DNA of 64,000 bases from Podarcis bocagei (lineage: Eukaryota). The DNA is taken from assembly GCA_964188305.1 (NCBI GenBank), contig OZ076888.1, one strand, 5' to 3'. Under the pieces are notes generated by a model. It was not told the origin of the DNA and searched no databases. It saw only the letters and a list, made by a program, of their open reading frames with translations. Of this stretch, positions 26,801 through 39,799 are shown one piece after another (within the stretch, counting starts at the first letter, position 1; each line of letters opens with the position of its first letter). Position numbers and translations under genes: made by a program.

Positions 26801-27065
26801 CAGTGGTGGCTGGAAGATAGGGAGATGGAACAGTAGGTGGAGCCAGAGCCAGTGTTGGGCAGAGCCTAGTAATTCTAGTTTTGTCCCATCCTTCTCCCTG
26901 CTAAGTTCTACAAGGGCAGTGTTGATCCCAAGGAGGAGGAAGATGACATGCAATATTAAAGTATATAAATTATAAGTAAGGAGGCAAGCCAGTGGGGGCT
27001 GGATGAAGGCAGACTGAGTTTGGAGGGGCAGCGCCCCTTTGGCCCAAATGGATCAGCCTCTGTTG
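26801..27065. mobile_element. hAT-type non-autonomous element
   Basis: degenerate TIRs CAGTGGTGGCTGG / TCAGCCTCTGTTG; 8-bp TSD GAATTATG / GGATTATG. Confidence 0.6.
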
Positions 27066-27245
27066 GGATTATGTGGGCATTTCTATGCCTGTTCCCTGTT
27101 GGAAAACTGGCTTTGTTTTAGAGTACTTGCTATGCCTTTCATCTGTGGGAGACAACACATACTTTCTGTAGGCTAAGGTGTACAGTACCTGTAGCGATTT
27201 ATTTATATTTGTGCTAAGATACATATTTACAGCTGCCTAGAGTTA

Positions 27246-28084
27246 AAGTGGTACCTTGGTTCTCAAACTTAATCCATTCCGGAAGTCCATTCTAAAACCA
27301 AAGTGTTCCAAAACAAAGGCACGTTTTCCCATAGAAAGTAATGCAAAATGGATTAATCCTTTCCAGACTTTTAAAAACAACCTCTAAAATAGCAATTTAA
27401 CATGAATTTTAATATCTAACAAGACCATTTCTGGATTAGGGTTAATTTTAGGATTGGATTAGTGTTAGGGTAAGGATTAGAATCAGGGTTAGGGTCAGTG
27501 TTGTTTTATGTTTTCTTGTGATTTTGATTCATTTGCGGTTTGTTTGCTTTTTTTCTAATTTGTTGTGTTGCTGCTTATTCATGCGTTGTAAGTTTTTTGG
27601 CTTTGTGATTTTCTGGAGAGTTTCAGTTTTAATTTTAAATGCTCAGGGGAGCGCAAAGCCTCCACCCCAGCTGAGAGATCCACACCCCTGCTCCTGCTTG
27701 CACGCGAGTAGGAGCTGGATTGGGCAGCTCAGCTGGGGAGCAGCTGGAGGCTCCTTCTCCTCAAGGGGGAAGTTTAAAGGAGCCCCCACCTCAGCATCAG
27801 AGCCCCTGCACCACCTGAAGGCAGCCAGGCAGAATAATTGCTGGGGTGGTGAAGGTGGAGGCAGCCCGGCAGCTGCATCTGAGAGCCCCTAAACTGCTGC
27901 TGGGGCAGCTGTCGGGCTGTCTCTGCATTGCTACCCTATGCTCCTTTAAACTTCTCTATTCTGAAGGCAGCCCTGTTTAGGGAAGCTTTTAATATCTGAA
28001 TATCTATTGTATTTTAATATTTTGCTGGAAGCCGCCCAGAGTGGCTGGGAAAACCCAGCCAGATGGGCGGGTTATAAATAATAA

Positions 28085-28147
<63 letters not shown>

Positions 28148-28505
28148 ACAGCCACACACTCCTTAATGGAAAAGTGTGAAGGAGCCTGCACCTCTCCAGG
28201 TGAGCAGCCCCGATCCAGCTCCTACTCCTGTGCAAGCAGGAATGGGGTTGGGGATCTCTTAGCTGGGAAGCGGAACTGTGTGCTCCTCAGCTGAGCTGCC
28301 CTGATCCAGCTTCTACTCCAGTGCAGGCAGGAGCCGGGGGCACTCAAAGCGGAAGTGTGGCACTGAAAAAGGAGTGTAACACTCAAAACGGAACAGTTCA
28401 GATTCCGAAAAAAATTCACAAAGTGGAACACCTACTTCTGGGTTTGTGGTGCTCGAATTCCAAGTTGTTCATGAACTAAGCTGTTCAAAAACCGAGGTAC
28501 CACTG
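27246..28505. mobile_element. Tc1/mariner-type non-autonomous element with nested L2 3' end
   Basis: TA-(A)AGTGGTACCTTGGTT ... AACCGAGGTACCACTG-TA termini. Confidence 0.75.
27970..28144 (+). mobile_element. L2 3' end with (ATT)n tail
   Basis: GAAGCCGCCCAGAGTGGCTGGG...AGATGGGCGG...TATAAATAATAAA followed by about 19 ATT units. Confidence 0.75.
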
Positions 28506-29773
28506 TATAGGGCAAAATCCAGTGGTGTCTGCCCACTTGTGTAACAGAAATCTACTTGCACAATGGGACTTCCAGTTTCTCTTCTGGGTGCCCCCTCAAT
28601 CTGCTCCAGAGGGTTTCCTAGCCTCTGGAGGTAGACAAGGTGAGACAAGCCCTGGTTTCTTCTGTAGCATTGCTCTTATGCAACTATTCTACTAGAAAAG
28701 AAAGTGTTGCTCTTGCAATATGTCCCATTTCAGATTAATTTAGTATCGCATGCTGGTGCTGCATTCTCACCCACTTCTTTCCATGTTTTTGCATTTGAGG
28801 GGATAAATCCCTCTTCCAGATGCCATTTGAGCCTTTCCCTTGCAATAATCACTTCTCCAGAGCAATGCCTTTTACATCTTGGAGGAGGTGTGGGGAGAAG
28901 CAGGAGGCCTGCCTGGTGTCAGCATGGTCTGGTACTAAAGTGGCTGGTGCTGATTCTTGTTGTGTTGCTGCTGTATTTTCCTTTTAAACCATTTCAATCT
29001 CTGTACTGTCTTGATGCCTGATATCTTCCAGAATGCCTGGAATAGGATGAACTCTTAAAGGAATTCATAGTTGTAAGAAATAAAAGTTGCAGCTCACTCT
29101 GCAACAGCTGTCTTTGATGACAGCCAAAAGACTTTACAGAACGAAACACTGTTCTTGTCTGGAAAAAATGATGGCAATGTGGTGTTTTGAATTTTATGAG
29201 GCCCATGTTGACTAACGCAGTGGGATGAGCTGGAATTACCATTGCATTTTGTAACGTACGATCAAAATGGATAAGCTTGTTAAAATACTACTATCTTGAC
29301 GCCTTGTGCTATACACACCTTATTTTTTGTCATATAGTTTTATTTAAAAGCATTAACATACTGATTAATATTTCAAAAAAATCTCTGAGTTGTGTACAGT
29401 CTAACAAACAAACAATATATCACTAAAACATTGCTTTATATCATTGTTAGTAAGTGCTGGGTCCCCAAGAGGACTAATGAACTATCGTTCCTAAATGAAA
29501 AGCTGTTCATATGTTTATGGTTAGTAAACAGGGAACATGTATAGTTGCACAACTCCTGATTTCTTGTACTATTTTAGTAAGATTCTGATCAGCTTTTCAT
29601 TGCTTTATGTCCCTCCATTGTTTTCTACCCCTTTATTTTTTCCTCTAATTTTGAATTGTATTTTAGTTCTCTATTATGTGTCAACTGATCCTCTCTCCTG
29701 TTGATTATAGATACCAGCATCCTCACTGATCCTGACCTCATCTGTTTTTTTTTTCCTTCCCTCCTTCGTCTAG

Positions 29774-29839
29774 TTCCCTTGTCCCTGTCTCGTACCTTTG
29801 TTGTCAGCAGAACAGAATTATTAGCAGCAGGTACTCCAG
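29774..29839 (+). CDS. CNNM2: CNNM2 exon 6 (66-nt cassette exon)
   Basis: TAG|...|GTAAAC; VPLSLSRTFVVSRTELLAAGTP; symmetric phase 1; long pyrimidine tract. Confidence 0.93.
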
Positions 29840-30038
29840 GTAAACTTGCACGTTTCTTCTTCACCCTTTTGTCACTGCACTTACCCTCTATTGAATCAAC
29901 AACAGCTTGCATTTACCAGATGCCCATTTTGTTGGAGAAATGCAGGCAAGATCAGGCCTGACAGGTAGGTGCTTGAGCTTATGTTTGTGATTAGTTAATA
30001 GCAAAAGGACACTGAAACAAAAACCAGTGCTTCTTTTA

Positions 30039-30135
30039 TAAGAACGTAAGAAGAGCTTGCTGGATCAGGCCAGTGGCCCATCTAGTCCAGCATCCTGCTC
30101 TCCCAGTGGCCAACCAGTTGCCTGTGGGAAGTCCA
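30039..30135 (-). mobile_element. CR1 3' end fragment
   Basis: ATAAGAACGTAAGAAGAGC...GGATCAGGCCAGTGGCCCATCTAGTCCAGCATCCTG. Confidence 0.7.
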
Positions 30136-30699
30136 CATAATATATTCAGCCATGGAGAAGCTTTCCTTGACTGCTAACACTGAAGACTTTTTAAAACAAC
30201 AGTTAACAATTAAAACAACAATTAAAGATATTGTTGAAGGAGATCACTCCCTGCCCAGTTTCTTTCTGATTGCACACAGGAGAGAGAGATCTCCTTTGTA
30301 AAGGGCTCTGAAAGATGTCTTTGCCAGTCCTTTCCACAGCCACCTCTGACAAGTAAGGCACTCTACAAAAAGAGTCAGGAATGGGCCAAACTAGATGTGA
30401 CTATTGCCTTTGTATAGTTGTTTTTTCTTTCACAAATAGCTCACACAGGAGGCCCCAGGCTTGATCAGAACCATGAGATGAGGAAAGGGAGCATTTAACC
30501 CACCCCCACTGTGTTCAGTATCTATACACCCCACACCATCCCCCATTGGCTCCAAAGGGGGCTTTCCTTCCATTATGAATAGCAGGTAAAGGGAAGACAG
30601 CCAACCTAGGATCACAGCAGGGGCAAAGGGTTAAAGGCCCCTCTTATCACCATCTCAGTATGACCCACTATTCCACACCCATGTACTGGGTATTTGTGA

Positions 30700-31300
30700 A
30701 GGAAATTACATGATAAACATGTCTAATCTGATCCTCAGTCTGTCATACAGGCCATATCTGCAAGCCCGGTCAAAAACCTTCTTAAATAGCTAGAGAATTC
30801 CAATTCATCATGTGGAAACATGTTTTTGCAGCTACAGGTATTGAGGCAAGCAATCCCTATCCACGCTACCAGTGGAAGTTGCTCTGACCTTCCAAGTTCC
30901 AACTTCTGCAGCCTTCTCTTGTTCCCCTTCTCCAGGTGTTTCCTTGTTAAGGCTTCTAGGCCTCCCAAGATGCCTGCTGACATTTCCTCAGCGGCTGCCA
31001 CTGTCAGTCTCAAACATGTCAGCATCTAGTTCTTCCAGTTGTGTCTGGCTTCTAAGGCATCATAACTGAAGTGGACTTTGGGGCACTCAAAGCACTTCCA
31101 CATCCCAAAGCCACCTTTTGTTCTCAGGTACTTCCTTGTACTCCTGCACTAGGAAGTAGCACCTTAGCTGCATTGAGATTTCTCTAAGCATCTCCTAATC
31201 CTGTACAACATACCACTTCAGTCACAGCAGAGATGCTTCCCAAGAAGCCTGATAAGCCAGCCTGATAAGAGACATAACAGCCTTCAATAATGAAGGACCA
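30700..31300 (+). mobile_element. Possible DIRS ORF1 remnant
   Basis: frameshifted ASQDA.ADISSAAATVSLKH resembles DIRS gag-like motif; highly decayed. Confidence 0.3.
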
Positions 31301-31594
31301 GTTCCTTGGGATCTACCTTGTCTCGCTCAAAGCGATACAGTCCCCTTCTCTGTATTAATAGTTATCATCTATGAGATAGAAGCTAAGATTATCTTTCTGT
31401 ATTGTGATTATCTTTCTGTATTGGTTGTGCAAAGGTAGGCATCTTGGAAGGTGAGCAAAATGAATTGTTACCAAGACAAATTGGAATCCAGTTTTGTTCA
31501 GCACCCTTTATTGTCTCAGAACAGCCTGAGGTTTTTGAAAGTGCATAGTGGTAATTAGTAATGGTGGTGTCAGCGGCCAGGAGAGTTTCCCCCA

Positions 31595-32245
31595 AGATTC
31601 AGCTCCACCCCATCTAGAGGAGGTGACTTTGCCATAGTGATCCATGCTCTGGTCATGTCCAGACTAGACACCTGCAATGTGCTCTACATGGGGTTGCCTT
31701 TAAAGATGGTTCAGAAACTTCTTCTGGTCCAAAATGAATCTGCCAGAATCCTACAAGGGTCCAGACAGTTGGTGTCTGTGACAGCTTAATTATATTAGTT
31801 GTACTGATTACCAATGTTTCAAGGCTCAATTTAAGGTGCTGGTTTTGACCTTTAAAGTCCTAAATGGTTTGTACCCAGCTGCAGGTTCCTGTACCATCTT
31901 GCCCACACTTTAAAGATCTGCTTTCAAATCTCTTCTGGTGTGTCTTCCCACTAGAGCTGAAAGGTCAATGGCCAGGAACAAGTTCTTCTCTGTGGTGGCC
32001 CAAAGATTTGGAATTCCATTCTCTTGGACTGACATCTTCACACTGCAGGGTTTCTAGAAGGCCTTGAAAGCCTTATGTCTTTCAACCAGCCTTCAAGGCA
32101 TGATGCTTTACTGGCTGGTTGGTTGAAATATGATTTTTAGGGGCTCTTTTAAATTATATGAGGAGTGTTGTTTTGTTGTTTCTAGTTTAAAATTTCCCCC
32201 CCTCATTTTCTCTGCTTTATATTGTAACCTGTTTGAATGGGCATC
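31595..32245 (+). mobile_element. L2 LINE fragment (ORF2 C-terminus to 3' end)
   Basis: VIHALVMSRLDTCNVLYMGLPLKMVQKLLLVQN translation; CAATTTAAGGTGCTGGTTTTGACCTTTAAAG motif. Confidence 0.8.
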
Positions 32246-32760
32246 CATCCCCCTCCCCCCAAAAAGAGTCCTAAAATATTTTACATAATGCATGTCTACA
32301 GAATCGTCCAGATTTTTCTGTTCCTATATAACTAGTAGGAATTTGACCTCTCACTTCCCTACAGAATAGAAGGAATTACATAGTATTGCAGCTCCAACCT
32401 GGGGGGGGGATCCAATCTGACTTGAATTTATTCAGTCACTTTGATAGGAGCAGCTGTGGTCTTGATCTGCTTTCTTCACGGCACCAGGCCTGGGGTGTAT
32501 CCCTATCTGTCTTAGGCAGCAGTACTGTTTGAGAGGCTCTTGGGCCTGATGGGCTCTTCCACATAGTTGATATGAATTTCAGGTTGCAGCTATGCTCCCT
32601 GCAGTTGTGGGTCCTGAAGGTTTTCTCTCCTATATATTCAAAGAAATTTTAGTTGATTAATCATATGTCAGTAAATGAAATCATTTACATTTACATTAAT
32701 TTGCATATGAATAAAACAGTACTTATGGTCCACGATGTTCCTACATGTTAGGTGTTAGCT

Positions 32761-32908
32761 AGCCTGGATAGCTCAGTTGATTAGAGTGTGGTGCTGATTA
32801 TGCCAGGGTTGCAGGTTTGATCCCCATATGGAACTGCTGCATATTCCTGCCTTGCAGGGGGCTGGACTAGATGACCCTCGTGGTCCCTTCCAATTCTATG
32901 ATTCTATG
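32761..32908 (+). mobile_element. tRNA-Ile-headed, CR1-tailed SINE
   Basis: TAGCTCAGTTGATTAGAGTGTGGTGCTGATTATGCCAGGGTTGCAGGTTTGATCCCC head; GGACTAGATGACC...(ATTCTATG)2 tail. Confidence 0.8.
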
Positions 32909-34712
32909 TTATAGCAGGCACCATCTTGGATGTGACATTTCCTGATGTGTGAGGAAAAGGGGGAATAGGGTTTTTTTAAAAAAGATTGTGCCTTCTACCT
33001 ATAGATTTTGTAAGTTCGTCTAGTAAATATGTTCAGCAGTCTTTTTTAAAAAAAATAACTTGTTCAATTAATGACACCTTTTAATTAAATATTGTTAATT
33101 TAATCTGTCTAAATGTTATAGTCCTGCCTATATGCCACTTTTATGCCATCTTTGTGCTACGGTCAGTGGTTTGAACATGAGCAGCAAAGTGCTGGCTTTG
33201 TTTCTTCAATACTATGTCTGGCTGAGGGGAATTTTCAGCAGTTTTCTTTCACATCACCTAAAAGAATATTTTTCAATAGAAACAGTTGCCCTCTGAGGTG
33301 GGTTTTAGGGGGTCCAGGGGGTTGTAGGGGGAGAGAAGACCAAGGGGGAAATTGGTTGCTTGATCTGCTTTCATCTTGCTCCACCTTTGTAACCTTTGGG
33401 ATACAACTTCATACTTATTGGTATTTAATAATATGTAGATGAAGAATTTTATTCAAATTCTTTCACCTTTAAAACTTTAGTTGTTGGCTAAGGACATGAT
33501 AGAGACATTGTAGCAAACCCAGCAGCACCACTCTGAATGCTGAGACAAATGCTGGGGCCTATAGATGCTGCAGCAGCAACTGCCATTTTTACTATCCCAG
33601 AAGCTGATCTGCCAGAGGCCTGCTGCCCCCAGTGCATTGCCTGGTCTGGTAAATATGATTGGGGGTCAGGGTAAGATGCAGGCATAGGCAGCAGCAAGGA
33701 CAGAGAAGCAGCAAGTGAAATGTTGGCAGTTCCAGCTACTATCTTTCTTTGCTCAAAGCTTCCTCAAATTTGACACTAGGCATCAACCTTAGATTTGAAA
33801 ACAACTGATTTTTATATTTACAATATTGTCATTTGTTTTAGATTCCCCCCCCCCCATTCTACACTAACTCTGTATTCATTCTGTCATGCTTCTAATGGGA
33901 GATGGGTGTGTTGCCTAGAAAGCAACACAGGTGATAGCAATTGCCCAATAGCTAAAACATAGTCATGAAGAAGGGGGAGAAGTACAACTGTAACCAGGAC
34001 TGAGTGAAGGATAAAGAAATTAATGGGTTTAAGTTACAGCAGAACAGATTTAAATTGCACAATGTTTGTAAGTAAAATTCTCATTGCTATGTATCCTTAG
34101 ATTTGTGTACAGGGAGATTTGAGGTATTGGGTGTGTTTTTTATAAAAAGATGAGATAACAAGGATAACAATTAAGAAAGTCAATATTTTGAATTATATAT
34201 TTGTTAGATGTATTTGACTCTTGAGATAAATTTGCAGTTAGAATTCTCTTAAAACCATGTGCTCTGCCTTGATAGTGCAGTTAAAGCTTCTGTATAGTTT
34301 ATTCTCTGGAGGAACCTATTTCCCCCTAATATTGACAATTTTCTTTTTGTAATTAATCAGCAGGAGGAAAAATGTGTGTTTGTTTTGCTTATTTTTCAAA
34401 TATACTTCCTGACTTCTTACCTCCTGATTTTTTGCTTTACAAATTACAAGGAGATTCTCACTACAGGTTTTAATTGCCTGCTGTTTGTCTTGCAGTCATT
34501 TGAGGATTTAGTACCTCCACACCTGTGTTTAGTATACTGCCTTGAAATTAAAATTAGACACATTTTCAGCTGCAACGTATTAGCTTTTCAAGTCTTGCTG
34601 TCTTTTAGTAGATTAGCATGCTTAAACATAAAGCATGTTTGAGGCAGTCAGTCATGAAGTGGAATAAGTATTGACCTCAGTGCTGAAATACTGTAGTTGA
34701 AGGTGCTCAAGC

Positions 34713-34932
34713 TAGTGGTTCCCAAACTTACTTTTCTCACTGACTACTTGAAAGTTGCTGATTGTCTTGGCAGGCCACTGACTAACTTTTCTGCCTATTG
34801 TAGCAATTGATATGTGCTGCACCAGACATCTTATGGTTTTTTATTGTATTTTATCAGACACACCACTGTGAACCACCTGAATGTAGCTTGTGGATCACTG
34901 GTGGTCCTCAGATCACTGTTTGGCAACCCCTG
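34713..34932. mobile_element. hAT-like MITE
   Basis: TAGTGGTTCCCAAAC / GTTTGGCAACCCCTG termini. Confidence 0.55.
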
Positions 34933-36104
34933 CTCTAAATTACTTCTAATCAGCCCTTGCTTTTGGGTGCCAATACCTAGATTTGTGGACCAGCTGTTAT
35001 TTTTCAGGAAACCATGTTCATTCCATGCAAGTGAAACCAAGTAGGTTTAGAAGGCCCATTATCCGAATTAAATACCCCATGATCAGCTTGAATTGTTTCC
35101 ATTAATTAACATTTATCTGATCAGCATAGGGTATCAAAGTGGGAGAAGGGAATTGTCTATATTATTGGTGGCAGAAATAAATGTACTTAATTTGTATTAT
35201 TGCATGCTGTTGTAGGGAAATGAAGGATCCCCACATAATGGTATTTTAAGACACTGAGCTATTGTGGCATAAATGTGATAGAGCCTGGATATTTCTCCTT
35301 GCCTTCTTCACCTCCTTTTATCATATATGCATTCCTTGCTGCAGCCAGTTGTTTATTTGCATTGTTACATGAACTGGCTATTCTGCAAATAAACACAATT
35401 GTTCTGATTGATACTGTAATGCACAGGCTAGATGGGACCTTAGTGAGGAAAAGGTTACAGGAGGAGCTTTTGCTTGATAGCTCAGTGATGTTCAGTATTT
35501 TGAACATCTGAATTGGTTGTTTCTAGTTTTGGCTTCTTTCATAAATATTATTGGTGCCTTCTGTTGGGCCTAGAAACATTACAACTCGGACTCCTTGTTC
35601 TTAAAAAAAAAAAAAAGCAGTCTCCCTGCATGGCCAGCACAATAGCAGTCTTTCGTACTGTGCTTTGTTTGTGTGTTAAAAAATTCCTGGAATACCCACC
35701 ACCACCTTGTTTGCTGCCTGTTCACAATATTGCACAATGGTGCCTTGAAATCATCTTTGTGTGACCGTATAGGTTTGTAGAAACTGTTCAGTGTTACACT
35801 TCTGATCTCATATTCTTAAAATGTGTATAGGGAAATAGTTAAAATGTCCACAGGTTTGTTGTAACATGGGAATATTCAGATGTTTAAGATGTTTGAACAT
35901 AGCAGAAGAAACTGGTATCTGCAAAGCTTCAAATCTATTCCACTGTACAAAAATGTGTAACTGTGCCTGTTTACTAAACACCTTCATGTATTTTCAAAAC
36001 ATAAGATGGGAAATGTCAGGGAATGGTCATAACTGGCTAAAGAGAAAGGTTTGAGAAGTGGTATTAAATACAATGTGTTATGAGTCTTTTGTAGTATGCT
36101 ATTA

Positions 36105-36357
36105 CAGTGGTGCCTCGCAAGACGAAAAGAATTCGTTCCACGAGTCTTTTCGTCTTGCGATGTTTTTCGTCTTGCGAAGCACGGCCCGTCGCAACTGCAC
36201 CTCTTCGAGCAGCTTTTTTAAAAAAGCGCAAGACGTTTTCATCTTGCGAAGCAAGCCCATAGGGAAATTCGTCTAGCGAAGCAACGCAAAAACGGAAAAC
36301 CCTTTCGTCTAGCGAGTTTTTCGTCTTGCGAGGCATCCGTCTTGCGGGGCACCACTG
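36105..36357. mobile_element. Tc1/mariner MITE, CAGTGGTGCCTCGCAAGACG family
   Basis: 20-bp TIRs, TA TSD, repeated CGTCTTGCGA subterminal motifs. Confidence 0.92.
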
Positions 36358-36786
36358 TAATTTGCAACTGGCTAGAATTAAATTGTAAAGTGAAAACTAT
36401 TTTTTTATCTGGTCAGACTTTAATATTATCCTCTTAAATTGACTTCTTCTTGGTCTTTGGCCCTGTTGCCACAATCTCTTTGATTCTTGATTGTAAATCA
36501 GGATACGCTACTTATTATAGGTACCAGAACAGAATTGCTATGTCTCAATTGGCCTTTATATACAAAGTCACCTGTAATGGGTCTGAAGCTAGACAGATGA
36601 AGATAAGAAACCTCAGAGTTGGGATTTTAGTAGTGAGATCTGATTGAAAGTGTACACTGCAGTATTATAGCTCTAGCAAAAAGCTGTTTCAATTGGAAAA
36701 ATGTAACATGGATCTGCATGAACAGATGTGAGTCTCTTAAGATATGATTTTTTTCTGAAGCATCTTTTCCTTTCCTTTTTCCCCAG

Positions 36787-36968
36787 CTGAAAACAAGTCA
36801 CCACCTCGTCCTTGTGGCTTGAATCATTCAGACTCTCTTAACAGAGGGGATCGCATTGATGCGGTGACACCAACGATAGGAAATAGCAACAACCAGTTGA
36901 ACTCATTTCTTCAAGTTTATGTTCCAGACTACTCAGTGAGAGCTATCTCAGACATTCAGTATGTCAAG
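36787..36968 (+). CDS. CNNM2: CNNM2 exon 7
   Basis: 182 nt, CAG|...|GTAGGA; [61 protein letters not shown]. Confidence 0.96.
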
Positions 36969-37522
36969 GTAGGAAAAGGGGGAATGGGTAGCTATCTTCT
37001 ACCAGCAAAATATATTTTTGGTTGGTTGGCTGCCCATAGCCAATAGTTGCCAACTGGTCCTAATGCTACTTTGATAAAGCATTCAGAATTTGGAAGGAGC
37101 TGTTTTGGACTGCTGAAACTCTTCTTTTTCCCCCTTCATTGTGAGGTACCGTATTCCACCTCTCCCAGGGAGGATCTATTCTGCACCCAACCCAAGGCAT
37201 ATTCCTTAACTGTATTTGCTCATGAATGACATGTGGATGCTGTTATAAAGAAGGATCAGCAGTCACATGCTCCCTGCCCACATTCATCACACAATTGGGA
37301 ATTAATATGTATGCTTCTTAATATGTATTTCCATTCTAAAGTTCAGCAGCTGTTGATTTTTTTGGGCTTCTGATGTTTCACATGTGCTTTTAAATTATAT
37401 AATACATTGTTAATTGACTTTGGGCAGTTATGAATTTGAGATCTTGAATGAATTGATAGCCTTCAATTTTGTATGTTCTAATGGCACCCATCTAAATGCA
37501 TGTCCCATTCATATTCTGAGAT

Positions 37523-37697
37523 GTAGCATCAGTTACTTTGCCTTCACGAGAGGGGGTCTTGTCATCTAGGAAGCCCAGGACCTCCATACACACTGCCCAG
37601 GCCCCCAGGAGATCACTCTGGTGCTGCTAATCCAGCAGTTTGACCACCCCCAGAGGCCCCCACTCCATTATCGCTCGAGACAGATGGAAGCCAACAA
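37523..37697 (+). mobile_element. 5'-truncated copy of RTE-derived element
   Basis: GCCCAGGACCTCCATACACACTG...GGTGCTGCTAAT...GCCAACAA matches 16300-16427. Confidence 0.65.
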
Positions 37698-37876
37698 ACA
37701 TGCATATTAAAGTTGAGAGAGGTAGTGCTGCATAGCCTAGGGAATATTACACAAATGAATAAGGACATCTGTTCACTTCTCATTTCTCCAGAACATGCTA
37801 ATGGAGCAAATGCCTATTTACAACCAGGCGGATTGGAAGTAGCCTTCCGGAATACAACTTAAGGCTCTTTCAAATA

Positions 37877-38241
37877 CAGTGGTGCCTCGCAAGACGAAAT
37901 TAATCCGTTCCGTGAGTCTCTTTGTCTAGCGGTTTTTTCGTCTTGCGAAGCAACCCTATTAGTGGCTTAGCGGATTAGCGCTATTAGCGGTTTAGCGGCT
38001 ATTAAAGGCTTAGCGGCTATTAAAGGATTAGCGGATTAGTGGCTAAAAGGCTATTAGCGGCTTAGCGGCTTAGAAAAAGGGGGGAAATAGCGGAAAAAAA
38101 TCGGAACACTTGCAAGACGTTTTCGTCTTGCAAAGCAAGCCCATAGGGAAAATCGTCTTGCGAAGCAGCTCAAAAACGGAAAACCCTTTCGTCTAGCGGG
38201 TTTTCCGTCTTGCGAGGCATTCGTCTTGCAGGGCACCACTG
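37877..38241. mobile_element. Tc1/mariner MITE, CAGTGGTGCCTCGCAAGACG family, with TTAGCGG array
   Basis: TIRs and TA TSD; internal degenerate TTAGCGG repeats about 37955-38073. Confidence 0.92.
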
Positions 38242-39197
38242 TACATAGATTCTTGGATATTGTGCTGCTCCAGCTTGTTCTTATCCCCCAAGTAAAAGAG
38301 AAACTCTGTATTCATCTCAGTATCTAGTATTTATGGATTGTGGCCCTCTCTCAAAAATGTTCAGCAATGTGTAGACGCAGGTCCCACTATCTGCTCACTC
38401 ATTCAGCAAAAAATCACTTAATCTGAACACAATGTTTTATACCCAAACCTCACTATACACAGTGCAGATTCAGATATCCTAACAGTCAGTTTGCCCACTT
38501 CCCCTTTGCTGGTCAGCAGCAGCCATTTTTGGACAGAAATAATGGGGAGTAGGAGTGGGGAGGGAAATCACAGGGAGGGAAAGGACAAATCAGACAGCAG
38601 GAGAGATTGGACAAATAACTTTTTTCTTTGTCTATCTTTTGCTGTTTGGTTGCAGCCATTTCATGGCAGGAGGAGGAGAGGGATCACAGTATAGAAATGT
38701 TCCCATAGGAAATAATGGAAATCATCAGCTCATTATGCAAACACTCTCCTAATGATTTCCTGGGAATACATTGTGCAGAACCTGTATGTATTTATTCAAT
38801 TTGTTGCTCTTTGCAACAAAAATGTCTCAAAGCAACTAAGAAAATAGGTAAAATACAAAAATGCAACAAATATCAAATCATAAAAAAATACTAATAGTGT
38901 TCATACTCAGTAATAAAATAACAAGGATAATATCCTTCCCCACCCAAGCACCAAAACTATAATAGTGAATAAACCAAACCATCTCAAGGACCAAATGGTT
39001 TGCCTAGTGCTGAAAAACTGACAACATTGGTAGTAAGCAAACTTCCCTCAAGAGAGCATTCCACAAATGGGGTGAGGGGAGGGACCACTGAAAAAGGGGG
39101 TTCCATAAATAGGTGTTTTTGTACTGCAGTATAATTTAGATTGCTTGTATGCATTTGTTTAATGAAAGCTCCCCAAGGAATCTATTCTCAGCAATTA

Positions 39198-39377
39198 CCG
39201 TATTTACTTGAATCTAATGCTCACCTTTTTTGGCCAAGTTATGTTGCAAAAATTAAGGTGTATATTAGATTTGATGGCACATTTACATTCGCCAGCAAAT
39301 ACTTTTTTTGGTTTCAAGGTTTTGAAAATTGAGATGTGCATTAGATTCGATGGCACATTAGACTCGAGTAAATACGG
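39198..39377. mobile_element. Tc1/mariner (Tc2/pogo-like) MITE
   Basis: TIRs CCGTATTTACTTGAATCTAATG / CATTAGACTCGAGTAAATACGG, TA TSD. Confidence 0.88.
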
Positions 39378-39422
39378 TAGAATTTTGCAGATCACATCCA
39401 TGCAAAGGAATGTGAAATGTGT

Positions 39423-39495
39423 CTACTACTACTACTACTACTAATTTATTATTTATACCCTGCCCATCTGCTTGGGTTTCCCTAGCCATTCTTAC

Positions 39496-39540
<45 letters not shown>

Positions 39541-39563
39541 GCTTAATAATAATAATAGCTTAA
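39423..39563. repeat. (CTA)n and (AAT)n microsatellites flanking a minus-strand L2 3' tip
   Basis: CTA x7, TTATACCCTGCCCATCTG, AAT x15, duplicated GCTTAATA. Confidence 0.8.
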
Positions 39564-39565
39564 TA

Positions 39566-39799
39566 CAGTGGTACCTCGGGTTAAGTACTTAATTCGTTCC
39601 GGAGGTCCGTTCTTAACCTGAAACTGTTCTTAACCTGAAGCACCACTTTAGCTAATGGGGTCTCCCACTGCCGCCGCAGGACGATTTCTGTTCTCATCCT
39701 GAAGCAAAGTTCTTAACCCGAGGTACTATTTCTGGGTTAGCGGAGTCTGTAACCTGAAGCGTATGGAACCTGAAGCGTATGTAACCCGAGGTACCACTG
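39566..39799. mobile_element. Tc1/mariner (Tigger-like) MITE
   Basis: TIRs CAGTGGTACCTCGGGTTA / TAACCCGAGGTACCACTG, TA TSD; close sibling at 51287. Confidence 0.92.

Noticed and set aside
32761-32835. tRNA-Ile gene (likewise tRNA-Lys at 10110-10176 and 11544-11610)
   Set aside because: Mutated stems and B boxes, fused to CR1 tails: these are SINE heads
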